In this document: piece by piece, positions 1 to 10,537 of the stretch
Position numbering within the stretch: position 1 is the first letter of the stretch
How the letters are laid out: every line of letters begins with the position of its first letter
From: Podarcis erhardii
Taxonomy: Eukaryota
Reading direction: 5' to 3' (one strand)
Length of the DNA: 64,000 nucleotides
Assembly: GCA_964252035.1 (NCBI GenBank)
Contig: OZ176211.1
Made by a program: the position numbers and the translations under genes
Notes under the pieces: generated by a model
Databases searched by the model: none
Seen by the model: the letters and a program-made list of their open reading frames with translations, nothing else
What the model was told of the DNA's origin: nothing

Positions 1-939
1 ATTCCAGGATAATTCTTTATATGTATTTGAACAAACAACTCTTTGCTTAGAGAATTGGGTATTTTCAGCATCGTTTTGGCTGAAAATAGCCCCCTATAAA
101 ACTGGGAACATTTTTTTTTAAAAAAATGAGATTCAGTGGTGACCTTTATCAGCTCTGATGACAGCTATAAATCAGGCTGAAATTCTCATCAACTTGCTGG
201 ACAGAATTCATTACAGACCAAGATTGCTGTGTTATTTTCTGTCTTTGATTGAGGGACGCCCTATTAAAATGAATTCAGCTTCAATAATATGAATCACACA
301 TTTCAAAACACAAAAGGAGGCCTATTACTCATTGATTCTTAGGACAACGATGATTACAGGACTTGGAGACTACTGAAGCCTTATTGTGTTTTGCTTTGGG
401 TCACAAAGCCGATCAATTTCTGCTTCTTTAAAGCAAGCCAATTTGCTCTTCATTAAATTTCGACCCTTTGCTGATGACGCGTATTGACTGTAGCAGCAAG
501 ATCTACAGCGCCAGCAGATCAATGATGGTTCACTTTTTTTCTTTTCTTCTCTTCTTTTCAGTAGGGTCCGAATTTCCAAAAAGAAGTGAAATCCTTCAAA
601 GATGGTTTAATCATTCAGAGTATAACATGCATAAACACATTGTCTCAATTGCCATGGGAATAACCATGTGGCTTGATTTCTCATGTAGCTCTAGAACAGA
701 GAGGGGAAACATGCGGACCTCCAGGGGCTGTTGGACCGCAATGCCCATCATCCTTGATCGTTGGCTATGCTGTCTCAAGGTGATGGGATAACTAGTCTCA
801 TAGGATCAACATGCCTAAATCCAATTAATGCAGGAAGGGGTTAATGCCATAGAGTAAGCTGTCCTGCCAGGCTTAGCAATGTCTATTTCCCTTCACTTTG
901 GGAAAAACTAGGAACTTCCCTGTTTAGGGAAGTTCTAAT

Positions 940-1054
940 GACTGATGTTTTAATGTATTTTTAATCTTTGTTGGAAGCCGCCCAGAGTGGCTGGGGAAAC
1001 CCAGCCAGATGGGCTGGGCATAAATAAATTGTTGTTGTTGTTGGGCATAAATAA

Positions 1055-1104
<50 letters not shown>
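940..1104 (+). mobile_element. L2-type LINE 3' end with duplicated (TTG)n tail
   Basis: Motif GGAAGCCGCCCAGAGTGGCTGGGGAAACCCAGCCAGATGGG then ATAAAT and a simple-repeat tail. The same motif recurs at 18794 (+), ~31220 (-) and ~56460 (-), where it is attached to L2 ORF2 remnants. Confidence 0.75.
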
Positions 1105-2784
1105 AATCAAGTCTTTGTTCTCCCCCTGTCCTCCCGAGAAGCTCAACATGTGAAGAGGTTTGAGCTGGTTGCTACAGCTCAGACCACATGGCTCTCACCA
1201 GCCGCTCTTGAGGACCTAAAGCAATATTTTAGTAATTTTTCACCAGTTTGTGAAAGCTAAATTTTACTATCTGTGCAACCTTTTCTGAAGCACGTGAATC
1301 TGACCTCTGGAGAATTTTTAAGAGGGGATTTTGGAAGTCACTTTAAAGGGTGTATTTTAAAAGTCTAACAGCCTATATGTCTACACTTTACTTTGCTGCA
1401 TATTCTGTGACTTTAAATCTCTGCTGGGATTCTGTCACCAAAGTGTTCTTCCCCTAAACTTGGATCTTGGTATCCAGGAATTTTCACCAACAATCCGGAG
1501 GGTCACAGATGGTGCCCATCCCTGCTCTAGCATGCTTGTTTTTCTTCTATTGGAGGCTGCATTTCAGATGGATAGTGTTACATGCATTCACAAAAGAATC
1601 ACTTGACATTCAAAAAATATTTTAACTATACCTAGATTTGTGGCCCTTAGGGATTTGTTACACATCTGCAGTAACATGGATTTAGTTACCTCTTAACACA
1701 CAAAGCCATTTTATTACGCAAGCAGGGCTGGCTGAAGAGGGACAAATTCAGAGAACATTTCAAGGCTTCCTGTGGGAATCTGAATCTACATTAGAGATAA
1801 TGAAAACAAATCCTACTGCACTTTAACTGCCAACAAAAGGATGGTCAACTAAAATCCAGGCAGGGTGGAAGTGGAAAGAGATATGTTTAAAATCTCTGGT
1901 TTTGATCATAGGAATTCAGCTATTGCTAGTATATACAGCAGTAGTTTGCAAACTTACTTTCTTTTTTAAGTGGACAGTTATTTATCACATTTGCTGCAGT
2001 GCTGTCTTTTCAGTCTGTACCAGTTGCTTTGAGTTAAATTGCCTGGAAACAGTATTGTTGTGCATTTCAAGGCAATAGAAGTTCATACATGCCGTTTTCA
2101 TGGAACTCTTTCAACACTGACCTCTGTGCATCTGCCTAACCCCAAATGCTGCATGAAATTCTAGGTGTAACCTAGAGGTTCTGAGTTTGTTCACATTCAT
2201 GACAAACGCTGGCTGGGCCTATTAGGAACCCAGGAACCCAGGAAGTCTGCCTATATCAGGTCAGACTATTTGCACATCAAGCACAATGTGCTAGTTCTTA
2301 TTGACAGAGGTTCTCCAGCAGGGAAGTCATGAGAAATTGGATTCAGTTCAAATTTAAAGGTGGACTTGCCTGGTTTGCACTTTCCAAAGCAATAGGCAAA
2401 CTGTAACACAGCCCTCCTTCAAATTTTGCACTTCTCTGAATTTTGCAATGCAGTTCTCCAGCCAAGTTGAATCTATAAAAATGCATATAATAGAATAAAG
2501 TGTTCATATGAATGCATATATTCATGAAAATAACATAAAACCCACATTATATTAGGGGAAATTGCATGCAAAAATGTGTACTAGGAGAAAACACCGATGA
2601 ATGTACAGGAGGAGGAAGAGGAGCAGCATAATAATAATACTAATACTACTACTAATAATAATAGATATATAAATGTAAAGAGCCATACAGATTTGCCCAT
2701 TCCTGCTCTACAGGGTCTTTCTTCCAGGATCACCTTCTACCTAATCCTTCACACTGTTGTTCTGTTCTCTCTTCTCGTCTTTAG

Positions 2785-2879
2785 ATACAGAATTCATTTA
2801 TAGAAACCGGAACGGCTCTGTGATACTGCACAATGTTGAAACAAACAACTCAACGGTGTTAATAGACAACAAAATAATT
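2785..2879 (+). CDS. DPP6: DPP6 internal coding exon (95 bp): (D)[31 protein letters not shown]
   Basis: Polypyrimidine tract plus TTTAG acceptor ending at 2784; GTAAGT donor at 2880. The peptide matches the recalled DPP6 segment [32 protein letters not shown]. Starts in phase 1, ends in phase 0. Confidence 0.93.
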
Positions 2880-3204
2880 GTAAGTACCACATTTAATGGG
2901 CAGGTTTATTTCACAGTTGTCCGGTTTTCAGACCAATAAAATGGCTTTAGTTTACTTCTTGTACCACCTTGAATAAGTAGTACACTTATTAAATATCTTG
3001 GCCTTGGCAGCAGCAGAAAATGCAAAACACAGATCTTTTAACATACCTAGAGCTCAGATTCCATACTTGCTGCAGCATTTTGATCTTTCCGTTTCTAACT
3101 GTTTAATGGTCTGTGTGCCATATGAGACACGTGAGCCAAGCCTAGCTCAGTAATAATGCCAAGTTCCATTATGAAACACACAGGCAATTTTATCTTATCT
3201 TCTT

Positions 3205-3628
3205 TGTCAGAGAACTGCCATCGGAGCCAGAGGGAGAGGGAGGGCTCCAGAGGGATTACGGAGAGCGTCCCAGGAGGGAGAGAAGCAGCCCATCTTTTGG
3301 GGAGGGAAATAAGCGTAGCACCAGTGGAGAAGGGGGAATCAGCGAGGTGGCTCCATGACTCCTCGCCAGAGACCAGCGGGGAGAGCACGGGTCCTCCGCT
3401 GCCCACACCCTCCCTGTGCAGAAGGCTTCCGCGCAGGGAGAGTAGGCGGAGACAAGGTGTCAAAGAGCTTCTTTGCTGGAAGAAGTTCAAGAAACGCCCA
3501 CTGACGGATTCTGCCAGCGACTGAGACAGCCACGGGTGAGTGGCTGTCCAGACAGAATAGGGTTCACCCAGGTAACTCAGCCAGGTGTGGCGACAACTTA
3601 CGCACGAGCAACCCCTAGAACCATTACA
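3205..3628. mobile_element. Solo LTR, family A copy 1 (424 bp)
   Basis: TGTCAG...TTACA termini with a perfect 5-bp TSD TTCTT (3200-3204, 3629-3633). Both ends and the interior are homologous to 8969-9424. Orientation unresolved. Confidence 0.85.
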
Positions 3629-3736
3629 TTCTTCTTAAAAGAAGCAAGCAAATGTATCATGGTCATGTTCTTGGATTTCAAATCTATGCACATGCACTCA
3701 AATGAATTTATTTGTGATTTTTTTCTCTCTCTTTAG

Positions 3737-3811
3737 GTGTCCATGAAAGCTATTCGATATGAAGTTTCACCAGACAAAAAATACGGACTTTTTGCCTATG
3801 AAATTGCGCCG
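3737..3811 (+). CDS. DPP6: DPP6 internal coding exon (75 bp): VSMKAIRYEVSPDKKYGLFAYEIAP
   Basis: CTTTAG acceptor ending at 3736; GTAAGT donor at 3812. Phase 0/0, in frame with the previous exon. Matches recalled DPP6 [25 protein letters not shown]. Too short for the ORF track. Confidence 0.93.
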
Positions 3812-4879
3812 GTAAGTAGACAGACTGTGTTACAGACAAATAATTAACCGCATTTTCCTATTTGACATGATGGCCGTAGCTCCAGTCTACATTTTACCCA
3901 GATATTCCTACAGAAATGGTACAGTTTGGTTGCTAAAGAAGTTTGGGCTTGTTCAAACATAATTTTAGACAATAAAAATATCAGCTCAGTTATATCTTAA
4001 AAATCGAATACTGCAAAATGGAGAGCAAGAGGGAATAGCTGGCAAAAGCTATTAAAAAAGGAGGGATGGAGTATTAGCTAAAATGACATTGCATTCTTCT
4101 TTCAAAGTGGTATATGCTCAATGCAGGGAGAGGCAACCTTTGACCCTTCAGATGTTGTCAGACATTGGACATGCTGGTTGCCATTGATGGGATTTGGCAC
4201 ATATCCCAGCAAGCGGTCACCGTTTAGAGTAAAGACAGGGAAATGGTCATTACTTACTAGCACACGTTATGAATGTTAATTGATGGTTCCTCCATTTGAC
4301 CAGTGTAGTGCTGCTGATTTTATCTGCATGAATGAGCATAACAGCCAGTGCTGCAAAGGCCACAATTATCTTTATATCTGCTGTGGAATTAGTTGGGCGC
4401 ATGAGAAGGGGCCTTGAGGTCCCAGATGCTGGATCTCTTTATAGACCTGGGATTCTTCCACTTTTGTTTCTGTACAACTTCCAACACCACACACAAAAAG
4501 GTCGGATATTTCCTCTTCTTTTTAAATACTTGAAGGATTTTTTTATTTTATTTTTTGAGATAAAAATTTGCATATGCCAATATGAGAGGGAGACCTGAGT
4601 CACCAGCCACAGTATAACACAGCATGAATAGAAGTGTTTTTAAATGCAATGAAATCCTGGCTCGTAGTCAATGGGCTTAGAAAAGGGGAAGCAATACCTT
4701 TTAATAATTACACTGTTACCCCAGGGACCTTTTCTCCTCTTCGCATCACTGGAATGTAGATACAGAAATGGAAGATTATAGTGTACTCCCAATTGTAAAT
4801 GAAAAATTCTGAGAGAAGGTGTTCACTATAGAAAAGCTTCATCACGAAAAGGTTGTGGCAGTTCTGGAAAAGCTATGGA

Positions 4880-5110
4880 AAGGGGCAACTGAAAAGGGAG
4901 GAGGAATCCACACACCCCCATGAAGAAAAGTTACCGTTTGGAGCTAGGAATAAGCTGTGCAATGAGGGACTTGAAATAAAATTGCTCATGAAATTATACA
5001 GGATGTGAAGAGAGACATTTTTGCTGCAAAATACTGGAGCCTGGGATCATTCAGGGAAGCTGAGTGTTGGAAGGTTTTGGACAGACAAGATGAAATACTT
5101 CTTTATGAGA
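4880..5110 (+). mobile_element. Degraded CR1 LINE fragment
   Basis: Contains GGGAAGCTGAGTGTTGGAAGGTTTTGGACAGACAAGATGAAATACTTCTT, similar to the CR1 ORF2 3' region at ~18875-18930. Boundaries approximate. Confidence 0.55.
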
Positions 5111-5415
5111 GCCGGCCCACCCATTTGGTAGCATGAAGCAGCCGCCTCAGGCAGTGTAAATGCAAGAGGAAGCTGCCCCACCATCTCCAGAGAAGCAACC
5201 CAGGTCAGAGGAGGCAGCAGCTATGGCAGAGCAGCACAGCCTTCCACCTCCCATTTTTGCCTCCAGTCCTCCCTGCTCCTAGGGGGTGGAAAGTGTCCAG
5301 GGGCAAAGCTCTGTGAAACAAGGACACCTGCTATCTGGACAGTTCACATGATTCCAGTAAGCTCCCAGCTGCTATAGAGTCTGACTCTTTAAACTCATTA
5401 TAGGCCATCAATGCC

Positions 5416-5480
5416 AAGAAATCCCATAACAAGCCAAGAAAGCTAGAAGAAATCCCATAACAAGCCAAGAAAGCTAGAAG
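5416..5480. repeat. 31-bp perfect tandem duplication
   Basis: AAGAAATCCCATAACAAGCCAAGAAAGCTAG at 5416-5446 and 5447-5477. Confidence 0.95.
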
Positions 5481-5544
5481 TCCAGCCAAGTGCATCAGGA
5501 CCTGGACATCTGGTTGAGTACACTACATGTAGCAGATTTAGTGC

Positions 5545-5649
5545 GAGTGCCGAAACCCGGAAGTAACCTGTTCTGGTACTTCCAGGTTCGGCGCTGTGCG
5601 CAACCAAAAAACACGTAACCTGAAGCATCTGTAACCCGAGGTACCACTG
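5545..5649. mobile_element. Truncated Tc1/mariner-type MITE (right end only)
   Basis: Ends GTAACCCGAGGTACCACTG followed by TA, the same TIR as the six full copies. No left TIR found; left boundary approximate. Confidence 0.7.
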
Positions 5650-6779
5650 TAATTTGCCTTCTAAACCTCCTTCCTAAATCACTCTATAAATTTAAACAGA
5701 AGGTAAATGTCAATGTCTCTCACAGCTGAAATAACACATTAATTCTAATCCTTCTGCTCCCAGTGCTAGAGTTAAGGATGAACTATTAACGTTTATTACT
5801 ACTGGATTTGGTTCCTCAGATGTCCAAAGATTTCGGACATACAAATTGGGTCCAGATAGCAATATTCTTCTGCCCATTGCCTCCCCCAACAACCTAAGCG
5901 ACTTAGATTCAAGATGGTTTTTTTTTTTTTTAATTAAACAAATACACCTGGGCATAGAGATGCTTGAAAGTGCCTGATAAAATATTTGGCAGTAGGGCTA
6001 AGTGAAATTCTGAGGGCTGAGGATAGGACTTTAGTCCTTTATCCATCCCTAAGAACAGCCAAAGCAAAATTAATTGTGAGAAATTGTGCCCAGCTTGTAT
6101 AATTGATATGGGTTGCATCATTTATTTAGGTTTGAAGTTGCTTGGTGCAAGCTTGTTATCCCCACCCTGTCCCATGTTTTGCAGCTGGAATATGGCTATC
6201 CTTCTTTTGAGGAGTTTTAACATTAACACCCAAATAGCAAGCAATCAGCAGAGTAAACTTCTGGACAAATAAATCCTTACAAATTCTTTTCTTTTTTGGC
6301 ACATTTTATTGAAAAGCCAGACTACAGAATATAGCTGCAATGCCGTGCATTCTTACTCATGCATAAGTCCCTTTGAAGTCAGAGTGGTCTGCTTCTAAGC
6401 AAACGTGCATAGAATCGATCTGTAGAATAACCTAAAAGGCCAGTATATTCCCTCACCTTATCACAGGTGCATTAGGCACAATGTTTTCTCTTACCTGCAG
6501 AGCAAAAGAGACTTAAGTGGAGTTGCAGGTCTAGAAAGAGGCAGCTCTACAGAATATCTAAAACGTGGCAAAGCAAAGTTAAACATGCATTTTCTTTTTA
6601 TCCAGCTGGAATTCTAAATTTTCAGGATTGTGTGATGATTCAGAATTTAGCAACAAGAGAACTAAGCAGAGCATCATTCCAACAGCATGTAAAAGAACTG
6701 CACTGGCTGCCAATATTCTTTAATTTAATTTATTTGTTACTACATTTATATCCCAGCTTTCCTCCAAGGGATACAAGCT

Positions 6780-6965
6780 GCCACCATTTCCATTTATTTA
6801 TATCCCTACAACAACCCTCTAAGGTAGGTTAGGCTAAGAGACTGTGATTGTCTCAAAGGCACCCAGAGAGAGCTTCATGGCTGAGTGGAAATCAAATCTC
6901 CACTTGTTTCCCAAACCTTGGTTTCCCAAGCCTTAGTCCATACTAACCACTACATTGCACTGGTT
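6780..6965 (-). mobile_element. Old MIR/Squam3-like SINE remnant
   Basis: CCTACAACAACCCT...AGGTAGG...CACCCAG...GCTTCATGGCTGAGTGG...TAACCACTACA resembles the younger copies at 15724 and 46917. Confidence 0.55.
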
Positions 6966-7127
6966 ACCATACCAAGGTTAAGGTTTTGTTACTATTGTAC
7001 GAAGTCTTGAACATCTTGAGCTCAGAATGCCTAAGAAATTGCCTTCTCCTCCCTACAGACCCATTTAGTCACTAAGATTGTGGTCCCATTGGCACTATAC
7101 ATTTGGAACAGTATCATACTACATTAA

Positions 7128-7432
7128 GGATGCGGGTGGCGCTGTGGGTTAAACCACAGAGCCTAGGACTTGCCAATCAGAAGGTCGGCGGTTCAAATCC
7201 CTGCAACGGGGTGAGCTCCCATTGCTCGGTCCCTGCTCCTGCCAACCTAGCAGTTCAAAAGCACGTCAAAGTGCAAGTAGATCAATAGGCACCACTCCGG
7301 CGGGAAGGTAAACGGCGTTTCCGTGCGCTGCTCTGGTTTGCCAGAAGTGGCTTAGTCATGCCGGCCACATGACCCAGAAGCTGTACGCTGGCTCCCTCAG
7401 CCAATAATGGTCAGGGGTCTCTTTACCTTTAC
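7128..7432 (+). mobile_element. Sauria SINE (lacertid type) with an internal deletion
   Basis: tRNA-like head GGATGCGGGTGGCGCTGTGGGTTAAACC and (ACCTTT) tail. 13-bp TSD with one mismatch (CATACTACATTAA 7115-7127, CATACTACTTTAA 7433-7445). Family name from recall. Confidence 0.9.
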
Positions 7433-7570
7433 CATACTACTTTAAGCAGTCACAAAGAATCCAGAGAGCTATAGTTTGTTAAGGATACGGAGAGTTGTAC
7501 GGAGATACCCTATTCCCCTCAGAGAGATACAATTCCCTGAGTTCCCAAGGAAGAAGGATTGATTGTTAAA

Positions 7571-7744
7571 NNNNNNNNNNNNNNNNNNNNNNNNNNNNNN
7601 NNNNNNNNNNNNNNNNNNNNNNNNNNNNNNNNNNNNNNNNNNNNNNNNNNNNNNNNNNNNNNNNNNNNNNNNNNNNNNNNNNNNNNNNNNNNNNNNNNNN
7701 NNNNNNNNNNNNNNNNNNNNNNNNNNNNNNNNNNNNNNNNNNNN
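7571..7744. other. Assembly gap (174 N)
   Basis: Run of N. Confidence 1.
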
Positions 7745-8810
7745 AAGCAGCTGAGAAAGGGAATTTAGTGAAGGAGTGTGAAGTGAAGAGTTAAGAACCC
7801 TTCTTCTTCCTGTCACTTTTTTCATTTAAAACAGAAATCTTCCCACCCCTTCTACTGCTACAATTCCTTTTTAAATTTTTGGTGCAGAGCCTGGGTTATC
7901 CACCCCATGCCTCCCATTTTACAACTTCTTAAGTCCTAAAAATCCATTCATAGGAGCTGTTTTGTGCACAGTGCCCTTGTGCATTGCTAAGGGTACCGGA
8001 GGCCTTAATCTGCCCATTAGTCGGATGATGTTGCAGTGGAGACTTCTAATATGATGTCGTTTAATGCTGGAGGGCTCCTGCTGTGACAGAGCCTTCTGTG
8101 CATGGTCCACGATGAGTGCCTTTGCAATCTTACTTAACAGTGTGCATTAGCCAAAAAGATTATCCCACCTCTGAGTGAAAGTAGGCAGCGCCTTTGAAAT
8201 GAATGTTTTGGAGCTGTTGGTTTTTCCATTTCTCCCCCCGCCCCCAGTAGTTTTAATAAGCCAAGTTTTCTGCTAGCTTATGCAAGTGAAACCTCTCCCT
8301 CAGATCTCATTTTTCAAAAATGTCTCTGATAATATTAAAAGATTCATGTAAGAGGAAAGGAATAGAAACTAGGTGAGAGCAGCTTAGAATAGGCTGCCTT
8401 TGTGTAGACAGTTGTTGCCTTCTGAGTCACAGAGACCAGGAAGAAGAAAAAGAAAAGCAGAGGTGGCATCTTTTCATTTATTTATATTTATTTCAAAAAT
8501 GTATATTCCACCTTTCAGGGCAAAACCTTCCCAAAGTGTCTTATACCAGCGCCATCATCCTCTATGCATCAGATACAGCAGCAGAGGCGTTCCTGTTAGG
8601 CAAACAGGGTGCAGTTTCACCAATCCCTTGCGAATTACGTATTTTAGGGCTAGGGAGGGGGTGGTCTGTGTTGAGCTTTATAGTTTTATCTGCTAGTTTG
8701 TAGGTGGGACTGTTGTTTTGTGTGTTGCTTGCATGCCGCTAATGTTTTCTGTCTCTGTTGTTTTGGTTTTGTTTTCCCAATGTGCCGTATGGAATATCAG
8801 TGTGTTATAT

Positions 8811-8812
<2 letters not shown>

Positions 8813-8856
<44 letters not shown>
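8813..8856. repeat. (AC)n microsatellite
   Basis: Direct observation. Confidence 0.98.
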
Positions 8857-8858
<2 letters not shown>

Positions 8859-8968
8859 CTTTTATGGTATGCAGAGGAGGAGGAAAATTCATGGAGGAGA
8901 GGGCTACCAGTGGCTACTAGCCAAGATACCTAGGCTCTGCCTCCACAGTTGGAGGCAGTAAGTACTTC

Positions 8969-9424
8969 TGTCAGGGAACTGCCATTGGCTCACGGGGGGA
9001 GAGGGGAAAAGCCGGATGGATTACAGAGAGCCCCCAAAGATCGTGGGAAGCAGCTCCTCCTCAGCGGAGGAGAGTAACTACGCTTCCAGCGGAGAGGAGC
9101 TTCAGGGCTCGGAGGAGGCGAGAGGGTGCCAGGACACCTTGCCTGGGCAAAGCGGGGAGGAGAGAGGTCCTCCGTTACCCACGCCCTCCTTGCGCAGTAA
9201 GCTTCCGCACCGAGAGGGGAGGCGCAGACTGGGCGCCAAAAAACCACTTTGCTGGGAAAGGTTTAAGGACCGCCCACTCACAGATTCTGCCAGTGAATGA
9301 GCCAGCCATGGGAGAGTGGCGCTCTGGACAGATAAAGTTTATTTTGGCATCACAAGCAAGGCTTCACAGCCGAGCAGGGAGGCATTTGCCTGCTTGCTCT
9401 CGAGAAACCCTTGGAACATTAACA
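8969..9424. mobile_element. Solo LTR, family A copy 2 (456 bp)
   Basis: TGTCAG...TAACA termini; 5-bp TSD with one mismatch (ACTTC 8964-8968, GCTTC 9425-9429). The interrupted CR1 supports the boundaries independently. Confidence 0.85.
9016..9300 (+). CDS. Putative LTR-internal ORF (94 aa; Ser/Glu-rich N-terminal half, Arg/Lys-rich C-terminal half), unknown function
   Basis: ATG to TGA lies wholly inside the solo LTR. The last 44 codons are 31/44 identical to the LTR at 3205-3628, with the same stop position. Expression not shown. Confidence 0.5.
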   Translation: MDYREPPKIVGSSSSSAEESNYASSGEELQGSEEARGCQDTLPGQSGEERGPPLPTPSLRSKLPHREGRRRLGAKKPLCWERFKDRPLTDSASE

Positions 9425-9834
9425 GCTTCCGAATACCAGTTGCTGGAAGCCACAGGAGGGGAGAGTGGCTCCTCCTGCTTGTGGCTTTCCCATAGGCATC
9501 TGGTTGGCCTCTGTGAGAACAGGATGCTGGACTTTAAGGGCCATCAGCCTGATCCACCAGGCTCCTTTTATGTTCTTAGTGTATTGGGGCATATTTTTTC
9601 AATGGAAGTCGCTTGGAGACCTTTTGGGTGGCAAGCGGCCAGTAAGTTTAATAAGTAATAAACAAACAATGTTGCTCTCCTCTGAGTCAGCCCCCCCCCC
9701 CCATATATCTTCCTGCCTTACTTACAACTAGTCTAAGGGACTGATGGTCTTGCCTGTCAGCTTCTCCGTCATTAGTCTCAGTGTTTTCCTTGTAGAACTC
9801 CACAGCAGGAGGCAGATGGGGAGAAAATTAGAAT

Positions 9835-10060
9835 GCTATGTGATCTGATGGTGAATTTGGGGTGACCCAATGCAAAAATCCTGAGGATCCGTGTGGATCC
9901 GTGCTTTGTTACCATGGTTTTGCGCCATTGTGGCCCCACAAAACAGTGGGTGCGTGATTTCTTTGGTGCAGGCTGTAGCTATGTGATCTGATGGTGAATT
10001 TGGTGCTATGTGATCTGATGGTGAATTTGGGGTGACCCAATGCAAAAATCCTGAGGATCC
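9835..10060. repeat. Complex local direct repeat: 56-bp unit x2 plus a 26-bp partial copy
   Basis: 9835-9890 is identical to 10005-10060; the first 26 bp also appear at 9978-10003. Confidence 0.95.
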
Positions 10061-10230
10061 ATGGGCTTTTACCTCCCCACTCCCAGGCAGCCTCCTTTAT
10101 CTCTAGCGTCCCTTATCTCCCTCCGATCGCTTGCTGATCAGCGACTTTGTTTCAACACCCACTTCCCTCTTTCAAAAAAAAAAAAGCATGATCTGCTTTT
10201 CGCCCCTGGGCAATTTGGCTCCAGGGACCA

Positions 10231-10314
10231 CACATTTCCTCCATAAGAAACACAGACATTTCCCCGTACTTTTTAGGAAGAAAAAAGTGTGTCTTATGGA
10301 GCGAAAAATACAGT
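10231..10314. mobile_element. Truncated Tc1/pogo-type MITE (one end)
   Basis: Matches the terminal ~80 bp of the 47792-48051 element and ends GAAAAATACAG followed by TA. Confidence 0.75.
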
Positions 10315-10537
10315 ACTTGTGCCTGGTTATTATTGGTACCAGGTCCATCCACTGTTGAGCTCCTTGCCTTCTGTCATTCCAGCCCCATTGGGTATCAGCC
10401 ACAAATGCAGAGTCGATCACACACAAGTGTGGGGAGGCCTGTATATACACATTGATCTTATTCTATTAAAATGTGCGTAGGGAGTGCCTGTGTGTTTATT
10501 CTAATGAGTTCATAATGCATGCTTGTTGTCTGCTTTT

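Larger units (their letters stand above)
8880..9578 (+). mobile_element. CR1 3' end/3' UTR, split by the solo LTR at 8969-9424
   Basis: The flanks GGCTACTAGCC...GGAGGCAGTA and GCTTCCGAATACCAGTTGCTGG...TTATGTTCTTA join into a continuous CR1-type 3' UTR once the LTR is removed. Confidence 0.75.

Noticed and set aside
3156-3524. 122-aa ORF as an intact gene
   Set aside because: Its ATG is in host intron outside the LTR. Comparison with 9016-9300 shows a lost start and a frameshift.
8520-8812. Possible Rex1/RTE-X 3' end before the (AC)n tract
   Set aside because: It has the look of a LINE 3' UTR, but I could not recover a convincing peptide motif or TSD.
9835-10060. CRISPR-like repeat-spacer array
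   Set aside because: Eukaryotic intron, only two full repeats, unequal spacing, no cas genes. The 36-bp and 31-bp tandem repeats lack spacers.
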